From positions 1-30,893 of the forward strand of contig CAYJRP010000001.1 in the NCBI GenBank assembly GCA_964372675.1: a stretch of DNA of 30,893 bases, read 5' to 3'. This DNA comes from Candidatus Woesearchaeota archaeon. GTDB lineage: Archaea > Nanobdellota > Nanobdellia > Pacearchaeales > GW2011-AR1. A program made the position numbers and the translations under genes. How positions within the stretch are numbered: the first letter of the stretch is position 1; each line of letters begins with the position of its first letter. Below, one piece after another: positions 8,115 to 16,153 of this stretch. The notes below the pieces were generated by a model. That model was not told the DNA's origin and did no database searches. It was given only the letters and a program-made list of their open reading frames with translations.

Positions 8115-8240
8115 ATGGGAACAGTTATTGCAAGAAATGTCATCACACGAAAGAAAGGCTATCTTTACTATGTAGACGCAAAAGGTAATGTCTGCGAGGC
8201 AAAAATGGCTCGTGGCGGCAGAAGAAAGAGACGAAGATAA
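8115..8240 (+). CDS. 41-aa basic micro-protein (not in the ORF track)
   Basis: MGTVIARNVITRKKGYLYYVDAKGNVCEAKMARGGRRKRRR*, with its own TATA box, strong SD and a downstream oligo-T tract. Confidence 0.8.
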   Translation: MGTVIARNVITRKKGYLYYVDAKGNVCEAKMARGGRRKRRR

Positions 8241-8260
8241 TTATCTAATTATCTGAGATC

Positions 8261-8296
8261 TTTTATTTTTCTTTTTTTAATAATTTTTTTATTTTA
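8261..8296 (+). terminator. Oligo-T terminator-like tract between convergent genes
   Basis: Successive T runs (TTTTATTTTTCTTTTTTTAATAATTTTTTTATTTTA) just after stop 8240. Confidence 0.55.
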
Positions 8297-8307
8297 TTGT
8301 TTGATTT

Positions 8308-9120
8308 TTATGAAGTTTTTTTGGATAGCCAAGCAACATAGTAATTTTTATTCAATTTATTTAGAGTATTCATGTCTTGGTTCTTAATATTAAAGTCAAA
8401 TACATCTATATTTTGTTTCAAATGGCGTTTATTTGTAGATTTTGGAATTACTGCTATTCCTTGTTGTAAACTCCACCTTATCATAATCTGAGCTTCTGAT
8501 TTTTTATATTTCTTGGCAATTTCTTTAATAGTTTTGTTTTGCATCATTTTTCCTCTAACTAACGGGCTATGAGCTTCTAGAACGATACCTTTTGAATTAC
8601 AATAAGACAATAATTCTTTTCTATAAAGAAATGGATGAAATTCCACTTGATTAACTGCTGGAATAATTTCTATTTTTTTAAGAAGAGATTTTAATTTATT
8701 AATATTAAAATTACTGACCCCTATTGCTTTTACACGACCTTCTTTGTAGATTTTTTCTAGTTCTTTCCAGATTTGGCTTGTTCTTAAAAATGGTAGGTGG
8801 ATTAAATATAAGTCAATATAATTCAAACCAAGTTTTCTTAAGCTTTTATAAAAAGCTTTCCTAATTCCTAAAATTCTTAATGGATGAAGTTTAGTTGTAA
8901 TAAATATTTCTTTTCTTGGAATTCCACTTTTAATAATGGCTTTACCTACATCTATCTCATTACCGTAAAGAGCGGCTGTATCTATTAATTTATAACCTAG
9001 TTTAAGGGCGAGAGTTACTGCTTCTTCTGTTTTTGTGCCTTTAGGTATTCTAAAAACTCCCAGCCCTAAGGAAGGTATTTTTATGCCATTATTTAAAATA
9101 ACGAATTTCTTTGCTTTCAT
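8308..9120 (-). CDS. Aldo/keto reductase (DkgA/AKR5-like, 270 aa)
   Basis: Catalytic tetrad motifs IDTAALYGNE, ITTKL and YLIHLP; also IGVSNF, NQVEFHP and IPKS. Confidence 0.95.
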   Translation of the reverse strand: MKAKKFVILNNGIKIPSLGLGVFRIPKGTKTEEAVTLALKLGYKLIDTAALYGNEIDVGKAIIKSGIPRKEIFITTKLHPLRILGIRKAFYKSLRKLGLNYIDLYLIHLPFLRTSQIWKELEKIYKEGRVKAIGVSNFNINKLKSLLKKIEIIPAVNQVEFHPFLYRKELLSYCNSKGIVLEAHSPLVRGKMMQNKTIKEIAKKYKKSEAQIMIRWSLQQGIAVIPKSTNKRHLKQNIDVFDFNIKNQDMNTLNKLNKNYYVAWLSKKTS

Positions 9121-9175
9121 TTAAAGATTATAAAAGGCATACTTTATAAATTATTGATCATTATAATTTTTTATT

Positions 9176-9586
9176 TTATTGGTTTTTTAACAAATATCTG
9201 ACTTTTTTGTCAATTAACTTCACAGTATGTTTTCTTTTTTTGCCTATTTCTCCAGATTTATCCATTACATCCTTAATTTTCCAGATTATGACTTCTTTTT
9301 TATCATTAATCCTTTCTTCACTAAATAACTCTTTAGGGATTCTGTCTTCTATTATAATTATTTTATCCGCCCACATATTTAGCTGATAAGACAAACCTTG
9401 AGGAGGATTTGATATTTGTATGCCTTGGGATTTGCATAGGCCCATTATATCCTGGTTGATTGGCAATCCTGGAACTATTCCCGCGCTCTTTGCTTGGTTA
9501 TTTGGATTTTTATTTAGCTTATTAAAAATTGCCTCTGCAACTTTACTTCTGAATCTATTGTATTTGCAGACGAATAGGATTTTCAT
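9176..9586 (-). CDS. Low-molecular-weight protein-tyrosine-phosphatase/ArsC-fold protein (136 aa; start revised to MKILF)
   Basis: P-loop ILFVCKYNRFRSKVAEA (CX5R), SAG motif, 'WADKII' and 'WKIKD'. Confidence 0.85.
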   Translation of the reverse strand: MKILFVCKYNRFRSKVAEAIFNKLNKNPNNQAKSAGIVPGLPINQDIMGLCKSQGIQISNPPQGLSYQLNMWADKIIIIEDRIPKELFSEERINDKKEVIIWKIKDVMDKSGEIGKKRKHTVKLIDKKVRYLLKNQ

Positions 9587-9591
9587 GTTAA

Positions 9592-9855
9592 TTAAGATAA
9601 AATGCAATATATATTACTTTCTAGATCTCTTTTTCTCACGAATTCTTCAATTGCTCTTAGGCGAGCGGTAGTGTCGGGGTTTGGAATTTTCAATTTCCTC
9701 AAAGCGCCATACATCATACGAGCAATGTCTGATGAGAATTTTTCCCTTAACATTGGTTGTGGCTCTCTTCCGCCAAATCTACAGAAAGCGTTAGCTACAG
9801 GATAAGTTATGTATCCTATGGTTGTTCTTAAGTAATCTCCTGCAGAGCCTTTCAT
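9592..9855 (-). CDS. Hypothetical protein (87 aa)
   Basis: ATG start with a TTTATATA-like element upstream; ends 5 nt before the LMW-PTP start. Confidence 0.55.
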   Translation of the reverse strand: MKGSAGDYLRTTIGYITYPVANAFCRFGGREPQPMLREKFSSDIARMMYGALRKLKIPNPDTTARLRAIEEFVRKRDLESNIYCILS

Positions 9856-9940
9856 GAGATTAGTATTATTGCTTCTTATATAAATTTATTGCAGAACCCT
9901 CAAACATTGATTAACCAAGATTTTTATATTATTCTCTTTT

Positions 9941-10741
9941 TTATTTTGTATTTTCTTTTAACCTATCTTTAACCACTTGCTCATCTTGAGGATTGGTAAG
10001 GCCAGTCCATCCATCTAACGAAGGCAAAACTCTCATTTTAATTTCTTTCTTTTCTAGCATTTTTCCTAACTCTTGTGGAAGCATACATTCAATAGTTCTA
10101 TTGGTGCGATAAGTATCTTTAAAAGATTTTAATCTAGCCTCTAATTTTTGAGTTGTTGCTTCACTTAAGCCGAATAAACTCATGCTGCAAAGCGTCTCAT
10201 GAGATAAACCCCTGGATAAGAAATTTTCATTTGTTAAACCTAATTCTTCTCTTAAAGAAGTTGCATATCCAACTCTTGTTTGAAAAATGCCTCTGTTTAC
10301 GCTGCCTCTGGATGGGATAACTTCACTTAGTTTATATCCTATAGCCACATCAGATGTGTTTGTCATTAAATATTCTTTTATCGCCATTAAAGAGCTCTTT
10401 CCGTATATGTCGTCCCCGTTGCATACAACGTAAGGGTATTTCAAAATATTTTTGGCAGAATATAAAGCATCCAACGTGCCCCAAGGACTGTCTCTAGAGT
10501 TTTGGTCTATTTCTTGTTTTGCATAAAGGACTTTTACCCCTAAAAAACTCTTCCCCATTAATTTCTTTAAAGGACGCTCGGTTTTATGCCCTACTACCAA
10601 TACTATCTCGTTAAATCCAGCTCTTATTGCCTGCGTAGCAGAATACTCGATGAGAGTCTCATCGTTTGGACCAACTTTGGCAAGTTGTTTTATTCCATTA
10701 AATCTCTTGGACAAACCTGCAGCTAGATAAACTATTTGCAT
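9941..10741 (-). CDS. Sugar-phosphate nucleotidyltransferase family protein (266 aa)
   Basis: N-terminal LAAGLSKRF...KQL motif, PWGT, and NGDDIYG. Confidence 0.9.
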   Translation of the reverse strand: MQIVYLAAGLSKRFNGIKQLAKVGPNDETLIEYSATQAIRAGFNEIVLVVGHKTERPLKKLMGKSFLGVKVLYAKQEIDQNSRDSPWGTLDALYSAKNILKYPYVVCNGDDIYGKSSLMAIKEYLMTNTSDVAIGYKLSEVIPSRGSVNRGIFQTRVGYATSLREELGLTNENFLSRGLSHETLCSMSLFGLSEATTQKLEARLKSFKDTYRTNRTIECMLPQELGKMLEKKEIKMRVLPSLDGWTGLTNPQDEQVVKDRLKENTK

Positions 10742-10792
10742 ACTATTTTCTGGTCAAGGATACTTTATAAATATAATTTTAGTTGGATAATA

Positions 10793-11767
10793 ATGATATT
10801 AGGAATAGAATGCACGGCGCATACTTTCGGAGTTGCATTGGTTGATAAAGGCAAAGTCTTGTCAAATGTAAAGGATATGTACAAGCCTGCAACTGGAGGA
10901 ATTATTCCAGTAGACAGCGCAAAGCATCATCGAGATGTCTGCCAATTCATTTACGAGGATGCTTTGAATAAAGCAGAAGTTTCTGAAAAAGATATTATTG
11001 CTATAGCTGTGTCAAATGCTCCTGGACTTGCTCCGTGCTTGCTGGCTGGGATGGAATTTGCTAAAACTAAAGCGAAACAACTGAATGTTCCACTAATTCC
11101 AGTAAATCATTGCATTGCACACTTGGAAATTGGGCAGAGTGTTGGAGCTACTGATCCTGTGCTTCTTTATGCCTCTGGCGCAAATACGCAGGTGATTGCA
11201 TACGCTGCTGGCAAATATCGTGTGTTTGGCGAGACGCTTGATTCCGGAGTTGGAAATTTTATTGATACTTTTGGAAGGCATGTTGGAATTGCTTTTCCTG
11301 CAGGCCCTGAATTGGAAAAAAAAGCTCATGGTGGAAAATATATTGAGTTGCCTTATTCAATTAAAGGCATGGATGTTAGTTTTTCTGGCATGCAGACTAA
11401 AATGAAACAACTATATGATGCACATGGTACGAGTGTTGAAGATTTGGCTTATTCAATGCAGGAAACAGCCTTTGCAATGCTTGTTGAAGCTGCTGAAAGG
11501 GCAATGGCGCACACAGGAAAGTCCGAGTTGGTGCTTGGCGGAGGCGTTGGATGTAATGCGCGTCTTCAGGAAATGTGCAGAATTATGTGTGAAGAACGCG
11601 GCGCCAAGTTTTTCTGCCCTGCTAGAGACCTGTTAACTGATAACGCCGCCATGATCGCATTTACAGGGGAACTTATGTATAATTGTGGAGATTACCCTAG
11701 GGACATCTCTAAAATAGATATTTTGCCTCGCCAACGTACTGATCAAGTAATTATAAAATATAAATAA
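10793..11767 (+). CDS. kae1: tRNA N6-threonylcarbamoyladenosine (t6A) synthesis protein Kae1/TsaD, stand-alone (324 aa; start revised to MILGIE)
   Basis: GIECTAHTFG, HCIAH metal-binding motif, SGANTQ, GETLD, GGGVGCN, TDNAAMIA; no fused Bud32 kinase domain. Confidence 0.97.
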   Translation: MILGIECTAHTFGVALVDKGKVLSNVKDMYKPATGGIIPVDSAKHHRDVCQFIYEDALNKAEVSEKDIIAIAVSNAPGLAPCLLAGMEFAKTKAKQLNVPLIPVNHCIAHLEIGQSVGATDPVLLYASGANTQVIAYAAGKYRVFGETLDSGVGNFIDTFGRHVGIAFPAGPELEKKAHGGKYIELPYSIKGMDVSFSGMQTKMKQLYDAHGTSVEDLAYSMQETAFAMLVEAAERAMAHTGKSELVLGGGVGCNARLQEMCRIMCEERGAKFFCPARDLLTDNAAMIAFTGELMYNCGDYPRDISKIDILPRQRTDQVIIKYK

Positions 11768-12777
11768 GGTTCTTTTGCCTTATTGCATTCTATCAACCTC
11801 TCCCTTTCCAGTTTTAATAAATAGTGACTTACAACTCTTTTACCCTTGCCTATAAAACTAGCTATCTCTTCTGCAGTTACCTTTTTGTTCATCTCTTTTA
11901 ATTTTTTTATATAAAATTCCCTATATGTGCCTCTGGAGATCTGGTGTCTTTTAAATTCTTTCATCATTCTTTTCCATCTATCTAACTTTTCTGAATGATG
12001 CAAGCAAAAGCCTTTCTCTTCTAACTTGTAGAAATCTTCCCATCCCGAAATATTAAGCTCCCAATCATTCTTATTTCTTCGATATTTATTGCCTATTCCA
12101 TGTTCTTTTAACAGTTTAGACCATTCTTCTAAATAGTCTTTGCTTCTCATCCTAACTCTTATTACTCTTTTTAATCCATACCAATTGATTGATCCCCCAC
12201 AGTCAATCAGAGCGCTAAAAGCGGACATGAAAAATTTTTCATTAGACCTTAATAGTTTGTGGTGGATATGCAGGTCTCTCTTGTTTCCCCCATATTTATC
12301 TAAGAAGTCTAATAGTGCTTTTATCGGAAACCTTAAGTCTTTGTACACCCAGCATTGCAAATTACCTTGACACTTAATTTGATGTTTATAAGAGCTTATT
12401 CTTAATTTGTAAATTTCATTAAGATAAAATATCTTTAATTCGTAAATTTTTTTATATGGCAGACTTATCACTGCTTTTACTTTTTTATTATCAAAAGGAC
12501 TTTTTTCTATGTGGAAATTAAGTTCTTTGTCTCCTTCTAAAATCTTTACTTTTTCTTTTACGGAATTATCATTAAGTCTTATTTTTACTAATAGCCTCTT
12601 CGATGGTGTAACCCCCAATTCTTTAACAATATCTTCTATATAATTAAGAAGCGAGAGGTTCTTATTTTGCAAGGTTAATGTGTATCTTTTAGTATTCCAA
12701 TAACCTTCAACTTTGAGAGTTTCCACTAGATAAACCGTTTTTTCGTTAATAGGGATATTTAAATGATAGGTCATCAT
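11743..12777 (-). CDS. Two-motif LAGLIDADG endonuclease-like protein with C-terminal winged HTH (344 aa)
   Basis: Motif 1 YLVETLKVEGY and motif 2 AFSALIDCGGSI, followed by 'IRVRMRSKDYLEEWSKLLKEHGI'; C-terminal VTAEEIASFIGKGKRVVSHYLLKLERERLIE. Confidence 0.85.
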   Translation of the reverse strand: MMTYHLNIPINEKTVYLVETLKVEGYWNTKRYTLTLQNKNLSLLNYIEDIVKELGVTPSKRLLVKIRLNDNSVKEKVKILEGDKELNFHIEKSPFDNKKVKAVISLPYKKIYELKIFYLNEIYKLRISSYKHQIKCQGNLQCWVYKDLRFPIKALLDFLDKYGGNKRDLHIHHKLLRSNEKFFMSAFSALIDCGGSINWYGLKRVIRVRMRSKDYLEEWSKLLKEHGIGNKYRRNKNDWELNISGWEDFYKLEEKGFCLHHSEKLDRWKRMMKEFKRHQISRGTYREFYIKKLKEMNKKVTAEEIASFIGKGKRVVSHYLLKLERERLIECNKAKEPYLYFIIT

Positions 12778-12795
12778 AGGGGTAATAGTCTAAGA

Positions 12796-12809
12796 TTAAT
12801 AAACCTTTC
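12796..12809 (-). promoter_or_regulatory. BRE/TATA promoter of the LAGLIDADG gene
   Basis: Minus strand reads GAAAGG-TTTATTAA, 18 nt upstream of ATG 12777. Confidence 0.6.
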
Positions 12810-12812
12810 TAA

Positions 12813-12896
12813 GAAAAAGTTGTGTCCAAGGATTTGGATAAGTTGGACATTGCACCCAGGGAAAGAACTGATATGGTTGATGTGACGTGGAAATAA
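12813..12896 (+). pseudogene. Orphan (displaced) kae1 3' end, 27 codons plus stop
   Basis: Translates EKVVSKDLDKLDIAPRERTDMVDVTWK*; its last 23 aa align without gaps to the last 23 aa of Kae1 (PRDISKIDILPRQRTDQVIIKYK*) with 11 identities. Confidence 0.9.
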
Positions 12897-12908
12897 GACT
12901 ATAGACGA

Positions 12909-13376
12909 TTATGCAATATTAACCTGCAATTTCTTTGAGATGTCTACACCCCATGGGATATCCAGGCTTGCAATAAGATACCATTTTACTTGGGAATATT
13001 GTCTTGAAAAGGCTTGCAAAGACTTTGCAACAGAATCAAGCATAGAATTCATTCCTCCTAAGATATTTTGAGGTATCTTTATTTGAAAGTTATAGTTATA
13101 ATCTCCATTGTAATCTTTTTCGCCATCAAGAGGTTGTTTGAAATCATAAATATAAGCTGTTCTCATTTGCTGTTGCATTGCACCAAAGTTATTTGTAGTG
13201 TTTGGCATGTTAGTTGTTCTTGTTGTTTTTTGCTGACCCACTAATCTAATTGTAACTGCTTTTGCTTTTGTTGGCTTTTTAACATTAAGGGAAATCGCAC
13301 CTTCAATAGTGTCTCCTGGGGAAAAATTGTACTTACTGATTGATATGCCTATTTTTCCTTTTCCAAAGCCGAACAT
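12909..13376 (-). CDS. Arrestin-N/SpoOM-like protein (155 aa; start revised to MFGFG)
   Basis: 'YNFSPGDTIEGAISLNVKKPTKAKAVTIRLVG', 'YNFQIKIP' and 'WYLIASLDIPWGVD' fit the arrestin-fold/SpoOM pattern. Confidence 0.7.
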   Translation of the reverse strand: MFGFGKGKIGISISKYNFSPGDTIEGAISLNVKKPTKAKAVTIRLVGQQKTTRTTNMPNTTNNFGAMQQQMRTAYIYDFKQPLDGEKDYNGDYNYNFQIKIPQNILGGMNSMLDSVAKSLQAFSRQYSQVKWYLIASLDIPWGVDISKKLQVNIA

Positions 13377-13452
13377 CTTGTTTATAAGAGATTTAGATTT
13401 ATATAACTTTCTTCGCATAATTTAAATACATATTTCTCTTTGCATCGACGCC

Positions 13453-15216
13453 ATGGGGAGATTAAAAGAGGTGTTTAAAATAGATGTGCGAGCTCTTGCT
13501 TTTTTTAGGGTTTGCCTTGCACTGATTATAATTTTCGATTTGATTATTAGATCTACTTCTTTGGTTGCACATTATACGGACTTAGGAACAATGCCTCGCT
13601 CTTTAGTTAATGAGAAGTTCGGGCTTTTAAATTGGGTTTCAGTTCACATGCTTTCAGGAAGCGCTGGCTTTCAAGTGTTTTTGTTTATTCTTGCAGGCAT
13701 ATTTGCTTTAATGTTGCTAGTCGGCTACAGAACAAAACTATCTACTATTGCATCTTGGTTTTTGCTTATTTCATTGCAGTCAAGAAACCCAATGGTTTTG
13801 CAAGGTGGAGATATTATGCTCAGGATGTTGGTGTTTTGGGCAATGTTTTTACCTCTTGGACTAAAATACTCGATTGACGAGGCTAAAAATATTAGAAATG
13901 GAATAGAAACTAATCGAAAGAGTATTTTGTCTTTTGGCACTGTAGGAATATTAATGCAGGTTGCTTCAGTTTACTTTTTTTCGGCACTTTTGAAAACTGG
14001 AAATGAATGGTATCCGAATGGGACTGCACTTTATTATGCGTTAAGCATTGACCAGTTTGCGACTTATGCTGGAAAGTTTCTTTTAGGGTTTCATAGTTTA
14101 CTAGGGCCTTTAACTTATTTTGTTTACTTCTTAGAGTTAATTGGCCCTCTTTTACTTTTTATTCCATTCTTCTTTCCTTATTTAAGGACCATTATGGCTT
14201 TTCTGTTCTTCGCTCTCACTCTTGGAATGGGTTTATCTCTTAACCTTGGGCCGTTTCCATTTATAGGAGCTGCAGGATTTATTTTATTTTTACCTAGTTG
14301 GTTCTGGGATAAGGTGCAAGAGCTGTTCTACAGAAAAGAAAATGAAAGACTTAGAGTTTATTATGACGGAGAATGCGGAACATGCAGATTCTCTATTGCG
14401 TTGCTTAGGGTTTTCCTTATGCTGCCTAAGAGTGCATTTTTGCCTGCGCAAAGCAGGAAAGATATACTTGGATTAATGAATAAAAATAATTCATGGGTTG
14501 TTGACTTCGAAGGAAGAAAATATTTTCGCTTTGATGCTTTCAAACCAGTTTTGTCTGCTTCGCCATTGTTTTGGCCGCTTTCATATATCATTTCTATTTC
14601 CTGGATGCGCAAAATTGGAAACTGGTTTTACAGAGCTTTTGCTAGAAGGAGAAAGCACGTTTGTGAAATTCCTGAGATTAAACAAGAGAGAGTTAATAGA
14701 AAGAAGATATTGTTTGCAACAGGAAACATTCTAGCTGCTTTTTTCATCATTTTTATAATTGCTTGGAACGTGCAATCTCTTGGGAAAAATAATGCTGTGC
14801 CTAATGGAATTGAATTTATTGCGCATAAATTGCGCATTGACCAGTATTGGAATATGTTTTCTCCTTTTCCTTTGAAGGACGACGGGTGGTATGTTATCGA
14901 CGCTTCTCTTGCTAATGGAAAACATATTGATTTACTACGTGATGGGAAACCTGTTGACTTTGAGAAGCCTTCGCATGTTGCTTACTTGTACAAGCATGAA
15001 CGCTGGAGAAAATATTTAATGAATTTATGGAGCAGGGATAATTCTGTTTATCGGCCTTATTACCTGCAATACTTATGCTATGACTGGAATAAAAACCATG
15101 AAGCCAATGAAAAACTGAAAGAAATAAATATGTACTTCATGCTTGAATTTACTCTGCCTGATTATCAGAAACCAAACATAGAGAAGATACTGCTTGGCCA
15201 GCAAGAATGCTTTTAG
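13453..15216 (+). CDS. HTTM-domain membrane protein with an inserted DCC1-like (DUF393) thiol-disulfide domain (587 aa)
   Basis: Multi-TM N-half with 'DVRALAFFRV', 'RNPMVLQGGD' and 'YFFSALLK...W.PNGTALYYAL'; 'VYYDGECGTC' DxxCxxC motif; C-terminal 'DQYWNMFSPFP'. Confidence 0.85.
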   Translation: MGRLKEVFKIDVRALAFFRVCLALIIIFDLIIRSTSLVAHYTDLGTMPRSLVNEKFGLLNWVSVHMLSGSAGFQVFLFILAGIFALMLLVGYRTKLSTIASWFLLISLQSRNPMVLQGGDIMLRMLVFWAMFLPLGLKYSIDEAKNIRNGIETNRKSILSFGTVGILMQVASVYFFSALLKTGNEWYPNGTALYYALSIDQFATYAGKFLLGFHSLLGPLTYFVYFLELIGPLLLFIPFFFPYLRTIMAFLFFALTLGMGLSLNLGPFPFIGAAGFILFLPSWFWDKVQELFYRKENERLRVYYDGECGTCRFSIALLRVFLMLPKSAFLPAQSRKDILGLMNKNNSWVVDFEGRKYFRFDAFKPVLSASPLFWPLSYIISISWMRKIGNWFYRAFARRRKHVCEIPEIKQERVNRKKILFATGNILAAFFIIFIIAWNVQSLGKNNAVPNGIEFIAHKLRIDQYWNMFSPFPLKDDGWYVIDASLANGKHIDLLRDGKPVDFEKPSHVAYLYKHERWRKYLMNLWSRDNSVYRPYYLQYLCYDWNKNHEANEKLKEINMYFMLEFTLPDYQKPNIEKILLGQQECF

Positions 15217-15308
15217 ATAAAACTTTGAATCTTGGGAATGCTAATAAACCTTAAATCCGAGAATATAGAAATGTTTTTAAAGTAAATTTTTATATCTCTT
15301 GTTGTAAG

Positions 15309-15638
15309 ATGGCAGAAGAAAATGAGAGACTACCAAAAGGCAGATTTACTGTATTCGTACAGCCTGACAGAAAGAATCCTGGAGAACTTTCTAGAGCTGT
15401 TCAAGGAATTTTAGACAATATTCCCAGTTCTAACGGAGAAAGAGTTGAGGATTACCGCTCAAAGTCAAGAGAGGGTTCTGTCAACTTTGTTTATATTGGC
15501 AAACATTCTTCTTTCAAGGTTATTTTAGTAGAGGGCTTAAAGAGAAGAGGCTATGACCCGGTGGTAAGCTATACGCCTGCGCCAACGTCTGCGCAAAGCG
15601 CGATTGACCGCAGGAAGCATTCTGAAAGGCAATATTAA
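15309..15638 (+). CDS. Hypothetical protein (109 aa)
   Basis: ATG start with an AT-rich TATA-like region upstream; coding-like composition. Confidence 0.6.
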   Translation: MAEENERLPKGRFTVFVQPDRKNPGELSRAVQGILDNIPSSNGERVEDYRSKSREGSVNFVYIGKHSSFKVILVEGLKRRGYDPVVSYTPAPTSAQSAIDRRKHSERQY

Positions 15639-15720
15639 CAATTTTCATAGGAATATTTATATACCCTCTTTTCAATTTTTGATTACCAATGAATCTCTAT
15701 TGAGAGTTGGAGGTTGTAAA

Positions 15721-16038
15721 ATGACAGACTATTACGCAATAATTGAAAAAGCTCGAAAAACCGGAAAGGTTGACAAAGGCACTAACGAAGTTACCAAAGC
15801 AATTGAAAGAGGAGTTGCCAAAGCTGTTTTTTATGCCGGAGATGTAAGTCCCAAGGAAGTTGTTGCTCATCTTGCTGTAATTTCAAAAGAAAAAGGAATT
15901 CCATGCTATGAAGTTGATTCAAAGCAAAAACTCGGTCTTGCTGTTGGAATTCCTGTTTCTGCAAGCGCTGTCGCGATAATTGATGCCGGCGGCGCCGACA
16001 AGGATTTAGATTACATAAAGAAAGACGGAGGAAAATAA
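15721..16038 (+). CDS. rpl7ae: 50S ribosomal protein L7Ae (105 aa; start revised to MTDYY)
   Basis: KTGKVDKGTNEVTKAIERGVAKAVFYAGDVSPKEVVAHL...KQKLGLAVG. Confidence 0.95.
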   Translation: MTDYYAIIEKARKTGKVDKGTNEVTKAIERGVAKAVFYAGDVSPKEVVAHLAVISKEKGIPCYEVDSKQKLGLAVGIPVSASAVAIIDAGGADKDLDYIKKDGGK

Positions 16039-16153
16039 GTTATTATGGATAAAAAAGATTCTATTGTTTTCATAGATGAAGATAATTATAAGTTAAATTT
16101 TAATGAAGGGTTATCTGATTCAAACCTTGATAGTAACTGGAGGATTTTATAAA

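Larger units (their letters stand above)
11690..12812 (-). mobile_element. Putative free-standing homing-endonuclease cassette inserted in the kae1 3' end, carrying a replacement kae1 tail
   Basis: Flanked by kae1 on the left and an orphan kae1 C-terminal fragment on the right; contains a LAGLIDADG gene and its promoter. The left boundary is approximate (about 11675-11700). Confidence 0.75.

Noticed and set aside
11691-12786. Imperfect inverted repeat ATTACCCTA (11691-11699) / TAGGGGTAAT (12777-12786) as terminal repeats
   Set aside because: Only 7 bp are perfect and the right copy lies about 26 nt inside the inferred boundary; compatible with chance.
11690-12812. Bulge-helix-bulge or group I intron explanation for the kae1 insertion
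   Set aside because: I could not build a BHB across the junctions or find a group I core, the endonuclease is antisense, and an intron would not need a replacement tail with its own stop. RT-PCR is needed to exclude alternative splicing fully.
12823-12849. TGTCCAA-N13-TTGGACA inverted repeat in the stranded kae1 tail as the endonuclease target
   Set aside because: It remains intact in the occupied allele, whereas a homing site should be disrupted by the insertion.
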